This document shows, in pieces, positions 44,663 through 53,207 of a DNA stretch of 64,000 nt. The stretch is from a virus. The notes below the pieces were generated by a model that was not told where the DNA came from, ran no database searches, and saw only the letters and a list, made by a program, of their open reading frames with translations. The stretch's first letter is position 1. Every line of letters starts with the position of its first letter. The stretch spans positions 1 through 64,000 of the IMG/VR virus record IMGVR_UViG_3300044797_000185; one strand, given 5' to 3'. The translations under genes were made by a program, and so were the position numbers.

Positions 44663-46823
44663 TAATCAAACTAATATTGAAGCACTTCAAGCAAAAGTGT
44701 TTCTCTATAAATATACAAGTCCTCTTGTACAACAAACTTCGCAGATATCTACTTTATCTGCTTTTACACCATATACAACTGTGTTAGATGATACACAATT
44801 TTATACTAAGTATGATATTACTGATTTCCTTGTGTCTTATTCCTTTGAACAAGATATCAATCAGACAACATATGCATGGACAATAGAATTACAAGATTTA
44901 GCTTTAAGTTATGGTACTATTGATAATAAGCTTAAGGTAAAAGCTCCTAATGGTTCTGTAGGTAGTAATACAACGGGATTAGCCTTTTCCACGGATACCA
45001 ATTCCCTTACACGTCTTGCCCAGTATGAGTTAAATGCTTCTTCCGATACTACAATAGACTTAAATATTGTAGAATCTGCAAAGAAGGCTAGAGGTATGGC
45101 TCCAGCAAGTCTTACAGTTCAGAGTAGTAATTTAAATACGGTACTTTCCACTGTTCCTGGTTTAAGACTTAGTGATTTGATTCAAGAATATGATTTTATT
45201 TCTGTGTATTTGTATAAAAATACAACACCACTTGATGAATTAACTGGTGCAGTAATTGTTCAAAATGGATTTCCTATTTTTGTTCCCGCATTATCAGGTA
45301 GAGCTTTAAGTCCTACAGATTTACAGAATGAAACAGTTTTGCTATCCGTTGGATCGAATGGTAATCCCTTATTTTCTAACGAATTGAATGGTTATGTAAT
45401 GCATAAGTCCATAGCTAGTGCAATAAATTCTGTGGATCGTCTCGTCTTAACAGGTAATGGATGGACTCGATTATTTGGTGCAAGTAGACGAGCCATAAAA
45501 CCTTCTCTATTCCAGGGGTCATTGTATACACAAGGGCAGCTTCTTTCTCTTGGTGATATTTCAGCTACTCAATCAGTCTATGCTGGGCAACCAATTTTTA
45601 TAATTTTAAGAGATTTATTTGATTTGCTTTATAGAATTGACTTTCAATCTACAAATTTTAGTGAAACAACTGAACTTGGGAATAGCTTTTTTAATATTTC
45701 TTCTATACTTGTGGCTAATTCTACTCAATTAGGTCCTTCTAATTTATTTAATATACCACAGTACTTGTTAGCATCTGTAATGAAAAGACGTAATTTTACT
45801 TATGCACAACCACAAGATCTTGAATCCTTTACAGATGATATTGTAACACAATTTCCAGCTGGAATGCAGATTCCTCCTGACCAATATCAACAAGCTGTCG
45901 TAAATGAAGCAGGTCAAACAAGAAATACTACAGGGTTTATTCCAGTGGTTATTAATCCTGATATTCAGCAGCTTCAAACATATTTTCAATTTTTAGATTC
46001 TGCTTATAGAAATTTTAGTCCTGACACAAAGACACCCTATGAAATTATTGATGAGATTCGCAATCTTAGTTTTATAGAATTATTTGAAGCCCCAACGGGT
46101 CAATTTTTTATCCGTTCCCCACAGTATAATAATACCACTATTTATGACCCCACAAAGCCTACTACTGCTTTAAATCGATATGATATAAATATGGTTCGAA
46201 GTAGCAGTTTAAATATTATTTCTTCTAACTACTCAGAAGAGGTTGAAAACTTAATTTCCAAAGTGTTTACTGGGTATGCTGCTAATTTTTTACCTGAAGG
46301 AACATTGCAGGGAATGGAACAATTCGCTTATTGTGATGGGAAACTTCTTTCACAATTTGGACTTATGGAAACAACAACTCAAGCTAATCCAAATATTAAT
46401 TTACAGTCTTCAACAAATGATACTGTAAATAATACAAAAACCAATGGGCTGTTCGAATATTCTCAATATATCCTAAGATTAATGAATGCTAAATTAAAAG
46501 TAGGAACTATACTTTGTGATTTAGATCCCACTATTCAAGTAGGTTATACATTTTTTGATGAAGTAAAGTATAAATTTGGTTATATAAATCATATTTCAAA
46601 ACATGTATCCGTAACTGGAACTGCTACAATGTCTCTTTCATTAACTTATGTTCGAGATGCAATTCCGACTTCAGCTAATGCAACACAGGGAAGTGGTTCC
46701 TCCAATCAAGGTATTTCAGCAGGACAACTCTCAATCATTACTTCTGGTAATTTTGGTGTTCAGGTTGAACAATTGCCAGTTTTAACGGATATTGAAAATG
46801 CGTTTAATACCACAGGATCTTAA
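44646..46823 (+). CDS. Baseplate hub protein (putative)
   Basis: 725 aa; IELFEAPTGQFFIRSP and late YINHISKHV motifs; syntenic position. Confidence 0.6.
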   Translation: MATPDNNQTNIEALQAKVFLYKYTSPLVQQTSQISTLSAFTPYTTVLDDTQFYTKYDITDFLVSYSFEQDINQTTYAWTIELQDLALSYGTIDNKLKVKAPNGSVGSNTTGLAFSTDTNSLTRLAQYELNASSDTTIDLNIVESAKKARGMAPASLTVQSSNLNTVLSTVPGLRLSDLIQEYDFISVYLYKNTTPLDELTGAVIVQNGFPIFVPALSGRALSPTDLQNETVLLSVGSNGNPLFSNELNGYVMHKSIASAINSVDRLVLTGNGWTRLFGASRRAIKPSLFQGSLYTQGQLLSLGDISATQSVYAGQPIFIILRDLFDLLYRIDFQSTNFSETTELGNSFFNISSILVANSTQLGPSNLFNIPQYLLASVMKRRNFTYAQPQDLESFTDDIVTQFPAGMQIPPDQYQQAVVNEAGQTRNTTGFIPVVINPDIQQLQTYFQFLDSAYRNFSPDTKTPYEIIDEIRNLSFIELFEAPTGQFFIRSPQYNNTTIYDPTKPTTALNRYDINMVRSSSLNIISSNYSEEVENLISKVFTGYAANFLPEGTLQGMEQFAYCDGKLLSQFGLMETTTQANPNINLQSSTNDTVNNTKTNGLFEYSQYILRLMNAKLKVGTILCDLDPTIQVGYTFFDEVKYKFGYINHISKHVSVTGTATMSLSLTYVRDAIPTSANATQGSGSSNQGISAGQLSIITSGNFGVQVEQLPVLTDIENAFNTTGS

Positions 46824-46825
46824 TC

Positions 46826-47890
46826 ATGTCTGGAAATGATTACAAAATTTTTCAAGCACAAGTTTTAAATAAAGATCCAATTAATCCTAGGCAATATACA
46901 GTTGTTCAAATTCCTGATGGGTATAAATTGGTTGGTGTTCAGTTGCCAAGTGCCCTCAAAGATCAAAGTGCTCCATTGCTTGGTAGTGTGGTATTAGTAA
47001 TTCAATTAGATGCATACAGAGCTTATATTCTTTCTGTTTTACGTGAACCCTTCAATTTTTTAGATTCTAATAATCAATTTCGCGGATTTATTCCAGACAT
47101 AGATGCTCAAAGTGCTAATCCAATTCAAGATGGTGAAATATACATGGAAGCTACAGGTCCTGCATCCCCAACAGGAGAAGGAATCCCAGGATTTGGTGCT
47201 GCTTTATACTTAGGCAATAATGGATGTGCTCAGATTCAATCAGGCTCAATGGGGGAACAGTTAATTGTTGGTGGCACAGCATCTGATGACGATCATGAAG
47301 TAATTCTTTCCGCAGATAATGGATTCGTAGAATCAAATCCTAATGAAGTAACAAATATACGAAGTACTTATAATTGGGATGATCTAAATAACATTGAGTT
47401 TGGAAATGTACTTACAAATCCAGCAACCATTGCTACAATTCCCATAGCTGAGATGACGATTGATAGTGTTGGCAATATAAATTTGTTTAATACGGCCTTT
47501 GGTACTGGATTGAAACTTGCTTCCTTAACAATGGATGCTACTGGTGGTGTATCTATTTCTTCAGGCGTGGCAGGAGTTCCAAAGGCAACAATTACTTTAG
47601 AACCTGTTGGAACAATAGCTCTTAATGGTGGAAATGCTGGAGCTGCTGGAGTGGCAAGATTAAATGATTTAGTTACTTCAAATATTTCTATCGATCCTAT
47701 TTTTTGGCCAATGATTACGGCTCTTCAAACATTTTTCATAGCTTTATCTGGATTTCAAGGAAGTAGTCCTGTTTTGCAATCTCAACTTGGAATTTTAGGA
47801 GCAGCATTTTTAACACAAGTGCCAGCAGCTCCTACTTCACTTACATCTAAGATATCTTCATCATCTCTTTCTGTAACGGCGGGTAATTAA
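46826..47890 (+). CDS. Baseplate central spike (gpV/gp5-like, putative)
   Basis: N-terminal OB-fold-like region, beta-repeat stalk, GVARLND motif near the C-terminus. Confidence 0.6.
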   Translation: MSGNDYKIFQAQVLNKDPINPRQYTVVQIPDGYKLVGVQLPSALKDQSAPLLGSVVLVIQLDAYRAYILSVLREPFNFLDSNNQFRGFIPDIDAQSANPIQDGEIYMEATGPASPTGEGIPGFGAALYLGNNGCAQIQSGSMGEQLIVGGTASDDDHEVILSADNGFVESNPNEVTNIRSTYNWDDLNNIEFGNVLTNPATIATIPIAEMTIDSVGNINLFNTAFGTGLKLASLTMDATGGVSISSGVAGVPKATITLEPVGTIALNGGNAGAAGVARLNDLVTSNISIDPIFWPMITALQTFFIALSGFQGSSPVLQSQLGILGAAFLTQVPAAPTSLTSKISSSSLSVTAGN

Positions 47891-47891
47891 C

Positions 47892-48362
47892 ATGGCTTCT
47901 TTATCTCAATGTGTAATTACATTCATTAAAAATATACTTTGTGCTAATCCTATCCTTAAGAGTACATTTAAAACTTTTTTGAATAGCCAAATTTTATTAG
48001 CCCAAGAACAGATTTCGCTTATTTCGGCTCAAATTCTTAGACTTGATATTTTAAATTCTTTTGCTCAATTAGAAATTCAAACTCTTAAAACTGTACAGAA
48101 TCAAATACAAGCAGATCTTAATGTTGTATTCGGACCTATGAGTGGTTATGCATCCTGCCCTGAAATAGGTCAAATTCTTGCTCAGGCGCAGAGTGGGTCT
48201 ACTGCCAAAGCCCTCGCCGCCCTACAAAATTTGATATATACTTATAATCGCAGACAATACGTTGCTAATGCTCTTACTGCTGAGCAAAAACAGTTACAAA
48301 ATTATGTACAAACCGCGCAGAACATTTTGAATAACATCGATAATGTTTGTGCAAACTCTTAA
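47892..48362 (+). CDS. Hypothetical helical baseplate-region protein
   Basis: 156 aa, Gln/Leu-rich. Confidence 0.6.
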   Translation: MASLSQCVITFIKNILCANPILKSTFKTFLNSQILLAQEQISLISAQILRLDILNSFAQLEIQTLKTVQNQIQADLNVVFGPMSGYASCPEIGQILAQAQSGSTAKALAALQNLIYTYNRRQYVANALTAEQKQLQNYVQTAQNILNNIDNVCANS

Positions 48363-48373
48363 GGAGAATTACT

Positions 48374-48850
48374 TTGTCCGATCTACAGTTGGCCGTAAAA
48401 AATCAACCTGGAGTAGTACAATATCCTCCACAACAAGGCAACCCCAATTTCTATTTCGGAGAACAGACAAATGATCTTCAGATAGGTAGCAATAATGATT
48501 TTACTTTGGTGATGGGTCTTACTGAAACGATTCAAGACGTACAAAAGATTCTTCTCACAGAACAAGGTGCAAATACTAGCTTTCCTTTGTATGGTACAAC
48601 TCTTCAAAATTTAATTGGTAACAAGATGAATTTAAATACTATAAGTGGATCAGTTCAAGATCAGATCACAACTGCTTTACAAATTTTATTTTTACTTACG
48701 CAAAATAGATCAAATCCAGCAGAAGTTGTACAAACATTGTATTCATTAAGCACGACTATTCAGGGTGAAACAAATATCTCTTCCCTTCTTACCGTAATTG
48801 CTGCATCAGGACAGGAAATTACGACAGGTGTGAACATAGGTAGTATTTAA
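48374..48850 (+). CDS. gp25/gpW-like baseplate wedge protein
   Basis: TTG start after AAGGAG; QDVQKILLTEQG...FPLYGTTLQNLIG motif. Confidence 0.7.
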   Translation: MSDLQLAVKNQPGVVQYPPQQGNPNFYFGEQTNDLQIGSNNDFTLVMGLTETIQDVQKILLTEQGANTSFPLYGTTLQNLIGNKMNLNTISGSVQDQITTALQILFLLTQNRSNPAEVVQTLYSLSTTIQGETNISSLLTVIAASGQEITTGVNIGSI

Positions 48851-48861
48851 AGGATTAAATT

Positions 48862-50730
48862 ATGGCCCTTCCCAATTTTTCACAAATTGTTTCTAGCATG
48901 ATAGCCTTTTTACAAGGTTCTAGACCTGACATAGCAACTCAAGTCGGGAGTGTCACCAATGATGTAGTTATATCTACGGTTGCCAACCAATTGTCGGCTG
49001 AGGATGGAACTGATCCAAGTGTATACTCTTCAATTCAGTATACTCAAAATCTTCAAGCTTTCGTAGAGAATGCAGCAACAATTCTTCCCGCAGATTTAGA
49101 TGCTATTGGTAATAATTATGGAATGGTTCGAAATCCAGGCACACAATCTGTTGGAACTATAACCTTTCGTATTCGTAATTATACAACCACAAGTCCAATT
49201 GTCATAGTTCCTTCTGGAACAGTTGTTTCTACGTTAGCTACTACTCAATCTCCTGCAATTGCATTTGCAACAACTGCAACAGTTACTTTCTCTCCTTCTC
49301 TTGCTCCAAGTTACTTTAATCCCGTAACTGGTTTTTATGAGCAATCTACTACAATTGTTTGTCAGACTATAGGAGCTATTGGTAATGTTGGTGCACAAAC
49401 GATTACCTCACTTGTGTCTTCAGTTTCTGGCATTGATGCTGTAACTAATAATACGGCTGCTACTGGTGGTACAGATATTGAAAGCAATACGGCTTTTGCT
49501 GACCGCATCCAGATTAAACTTGAAGGAAATAACGTGGGCACTCCCAATGGAATCATTAGTCTTATGGAGACTAATCCAAACGTTATTCAAGCACTTATTG
49601 TTGGACCAAATGATCCTAATCCTCCAGCCCGAAATCAATATGGTGGAAGCGTTAATGTTTATATTAGAGGACAAATTCCCGTAACGGTATTAAATGAATC
49701 CTTTACTTATTCTACAACAGGAAGTCAACAATATATTTTGTTGAATCAACCAGCCCTATCAGTTGGTTCTGTGACAGGCATTGTCGATGGCAGTCCTTAT
49801 ACCTTCGTTCCTGGTGTTGATTATAATTTTATAGAAAATCCAAATAGTTTATATGCAGGAAGTATTAACGCTGGTAGCTATATTAATTTTAATGTTCTAA
49901 CATTTTTTAATATTGTAGTAGTTGGTCTTCCTTTTACAGTTACCACTGTTACTGATGCAATTCACCTAGTAGTTAATAGTACAGCTGGTATGACAGCAGG
50001 TGATACAATCGTACAGGGAGTAAATACAACCACAATTGCAGTTGGTGGTGTGGTAGATGCTACACATTTGACAGTAGGTTCTACAACGGGTTGGCTTGGT
50101 AGTGGAACTCCAGCCGCTGATACATCAGTACCACAACTAACAGTAAATACAACAAGTGGTATGAATCCTGGGGATACAATCGTACAAGGATCTTTCTCTA
50201 CTACAGTTACTACTGTTACTGATTCTACACATTTAGTTGTTGGTAGTATATCTGGATTAGGGACTGGGAGTGCTCAATTTTCAGGATTTAGACCAGATAA
50301 TAATACAGTTGTTTCTATCAATTATACGTATGATAGTCTGATTGCCACACTTCAAGCTCTTTTGGATAATAATTCTAATCATATTGTTGGTTCCGATATT
50401 TTGGTATTTGAGGCAATTGAAGCTTTTATTAATGTAACGATGGGTCTTTTGATAGTACCAGGATATGTTCCCGCTACAGTTGTTGCAAATGTGCAAACTG
50501 CCTTGACAGATTATATAAATGCCCTTGGCCTTGGGGCTGTCGTTGTTTTGAGTGAACTAGTTGCTATTGCCCAAGATGTACCTGGAGTATCAGAAGTTGA
50601 TCTCAGCAGTCTCATTCTTCAATCAGTAGAAAATGGTATTACCACAACAATTCCACCTGGGCAACAAATTTCTGTCGGTAATGAAGCGTATACTGTAACA
50701 AATACCTTAAATATTTCAGTAGAAGCGTAA
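48862..50730 (+). CDS. Baseplate J-like wedge protein with inserted Thr-rich modules
   Basis: DLDAIGNNYG, GNVGA..IT, GGTDIES...F..RI motifs; insertion at ~49930-50270. Confidence 0.85.
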   Translation: MALPNFSQIVSSMIAFLQGSRPDIATQVGSVTNDVVISTVANQLSAEDGTDPSVYSSIQYTQNLQAFVENAATILPADLDAIGNNYGMVRNPGTQSVGTITFRIRNYTTTSPIVIVPSGTVVSTLATTQSPAIAFATTATVTFSPSLAPSYFNPVTGFYEQSTTIVCQTIGAIGNVGAQTITSLVSSVSGIDAVTNNTAATGGTDIESNTAFADRIQIKLEGNNVGTPNGIISLMETNPNVIQALIVGPNDPNPPARNQYGGSVNVYIRGQIPVTVLNESFTYSTTGSQQYILLNQPALSVGSVTGIVDGSPYTFVPGVDYNFIENPNSLYAGSINAGSYINFNVLTFFNIVVVGLPFTVTTVTDAIHLVVNSTAGMTAGDTIVQGVNTTTIAVGGVVDATHLTVGSTTGWLGSGTPAADTSVPQLTVNTTSGMNPGDTIVQGSFSTTVTTVTDSTHLVVGSISGLGTGSAQFSGFRPDNNTVVSINYTYDSLIATLQALLDNNSNHIVGSDILVFEAIEAFINVTMGLLIVPGYVPATVVANVQTALTDYINALGLGAVVVLSELVAIAQDVPGVSEVDLSSLILQSVENGITTTIPPGQQISVGNEAYTVTNTLNISVEA

Positions 50731-50742
50731 GAGGATAAAAAT

Positions 50743-53193
50743 ATGCCAATTAATTATACGTTGAAAGTAAATGAAAGAGCAATACCTCAAGCAATAACTA
50801 ATGAAGCACATACAGTTGGAATTGTAGGTGTCTTCACAGTCGCTTCAGGAGAAATTCGCTTAATTGAGGTTCCTCAAGGGCCAGCTCCAGCTGTAACCAT
50901 AACTGGTTCTGGTGGCCCCTATAATGAAATTACAAGCGGGTCCCCTACTGGGGGTCAATTTTTAGTTAATTATTCTACAGGAGTTGTTACTTTTTCTACA
51001 GCTCAAAATGGGAATAGCGTTTTAGCTTCTTATACGGGACTTGGTTCTGAAATTGCAGCAGAAGATATCAATGAGCTTGAAATACCTGTTGGAATTGCCT
51101 TAAATGCTGATGGTTCTCTATCTGCTGGCATTGTTACAACCTCTAGTATTTCTAATTCAGCCGTTATTTCTCTAACAAATCTACAAACTTTAAATCCTTC
51201 CATTGTCCCCGTAACTAATGGTTCTGGTGTATTAACATCTTCTTCTACTACAGCAACGGAACTTGGTTATGTCCATGGTGTAACTTCTAATATTCAAACA
51301 CAGATTAATGCTCTTTCTTCGGGTACGGTATCTTCAATAACAGGAACAGCTAATGAAGTTATTGCTTCTTCCTCTACAGGAGCCATTACTCTTTCTCTAC
51401 CTCAACCTATAGCTACTACTTCTTCTCCAACATTTGCTTCACTCACACTCACTTCTCCTCTTACAGTAGCTAATGGTGGTACAGGAGATGCAACATTAAC
51501 AGCATACTCAGTACTTACTGGTGGTACTACTTCTACAGGAGCAGTTCAATCAGTATCAGGTGTAGGAACTACAGGACAAGTATTAACGAGTAATGGAGCA
51601 AGTACACTTCCTACATGGCAGACCCCTTCTGCTACAGGCATTACTGCTTTAACAGGCGATGTAGTTACTAATCCCGCTACTTTACTTGGCTCAGCTGGTT
51701 CTTTTGCAGTTCTAGGAGACACAGCAGTTACAAATACAGGAAGCACTGTTCTTACTGGTGATTTAGGTATCTATCCAGGAACATCTATTACAGGATTCCC
51801 TCCAGGAACATTTACAGGCACAGAACATATTGCTGATGCTACAGCAGCACAAGCACATACTGATGCTACTTCAGCCGCTACAACATTAAAAGCAATGGGA
51901 CCTGGAACAAACATTAGTTCTACAGATCTCAATGGTTTTACGGCTGTTCCAGGTGTTTATTCAGCAACAGCAGCAGGTACATGGACAGCAACAGGTAATT
52001 TAACCTTAAATGGTGCAGGAACTTATGTATTTTTGTTTGGAACTTCTCTTACTATAGGTTCAAACTGTAATGTAGTTTTAACTGGTGGAGCTACAGCTAA
52101 TAACGTTTACTTCGTAACTGGTACATTCTTTACTTTCGGAGCTAATGATACTATTAATGGTAATATCTTAGCTGGAACATCCATCACCTTTGCAGCTTCT
52201 AGCGTACTTAATGGTTGTGCTCTTATTTATGGTCCCTCTGGGACAACCGTAACATTCCCAAGTGCAGGAACAGTAACAGCTTCTGGTGGTACTAGTGGAA
52301 CAGCAGTTACTACTGTAGAAAGTGTTGGTGGATCTTCAGCAGCTAATATTCATAGTGCAGAACTTCTTGCTAATGCTGCTACATCTTTAGATACCCCATC
52401 AACTATAGTAAAACGTGATGCAAGTGGTAATTTTGCAGCTGGAACGATTACTCTTGACGATCAGGGAGCAATTGTATTTGAAGATTTGGCAGGTACAGCA
52501 TCCGTTACTTTAGAGGCTCCTACTACTGTTACAACAAGTTACACTTTAAATTTACCAATAGCACAAGGAAGTAGTGGTCAAACATTGAGTAATGATGGTA
52601 CTGGAATTTTAAGTTGGGTTACACCTGCTGGTGCAACGTATACAGCTGGAACGGGTATTACTTTAACAGGATCTTCTTTTTCACTTACGGCTCCAGTTAC
52701 TATTGCTTTAGGTGGAACAAATAGTACAACAGCTTTAACAAATAATAAAGTAATGATTTCAAGTTCTGGAGCTATTATAGAATCTGGAACTACTACAACT
52801 GAATTAGGTTTCGTCGATGCCACTAGCTCTATTCAGACACAATTAAACAGTAAACAATCAGCTACTTTGGCAGATGCAAATATTTGGGTTGGTAACGGCT
52901 TTAATACAGCAACAGCAGTTTCCTTAAGTGGGGATGCTACTTTGTCGGACACAGGAGTATTAACTCTTTCCACTGTAAATTCTAATGTTGGTTCTTTCAC
53001 TAATGCTAATATTACTGTAAATGCTAAAGGATTAATTACTGCTGCTTCTGATGGAAGTGCTAGTAGTACAGCAACATCATTTCAGATTTTAGCTAGTGAC
53101 CCAGGAAGTCCTACTACTGCTGAAGTTTGGTTTAACTCAACTGATTTTCAATTTAAGGGATATAACGGCACATCAACAGTAATTCTTGGTTAA
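50743..53193 (+). CDS. Tail fibre-like protein with internal DUF3494 ice-binding-like domain
   Basis: Fibre repeats shared with 27764 and 31487; DUF3494 motifs at ~51670-52277. Confidence 0.8.
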   Translation: MPINYTLKVNERAIPQAITNEAHTVGIVGVFTVASGEIRLIEVPQGPAPAVTITGSGGPYNEITSGSPTGGQFLVNYSTGVVTFSTAQNGNSVLASYTGLGSEIAAEDINELEIPVGIALNADGSLSAGIVTTSSISNSAVISLTNLQTLNPSIVPVTNGSGVLTSSSTTATELGYVHGVTSNIQTQINALSSGTVSSITGTANEVIASSSTGAITLSLPQPIATTSSPTFASLTLTSPLTVANGGTGDATLTAYSVLTGGTTSTGAVQSVSGVGTTGQVLTSNGASTLPTWQTPSATGITALTGDVVTNPATLLGSAGSFAVLGDTAVTNTGSTVLTGDLGIYPGTSITGFPPGTFTGTEHIADATAAQAHTDATSAATTLKAMGPGTNISSTDLNGFTAVPGVYSATAAGTWTATGNLTLNGAGTYVFLFGTSLTIGSNCNVVLTGGATANNVYFVTGTFFTFGANDTINGNILAGTSITFAASSVLNGCALIYGPSGTTVTFPSAGTVTASGGTSGTAVTTVESVGGSSAANIHSAELLANAATSLDTPSTIVKRDASGNFAAGTITLDDQGAIVFEDLAGTASVTLEAPTTVTTSYTLNLPIAQGSSGQTLSNDGTGILSWVTPAGATYTAGTGITLTGSSFSLTAPVTIALGGTNSTTALTNNKVMISSSGAIIESGTTTTELGFVDATSSIQTQLNSKQSATLADANIWVGNGFNTATAVSLSGDATLSDTGVLTLSTVNSNVGSFTNANITVNAKGLITAASDGSASSTATSFQILASDPGSPTTAEVWFNSTDFQFKGYNGTSTVILG

Positions 53194-53207
53194 AAAGGTA
53201 AATAATA

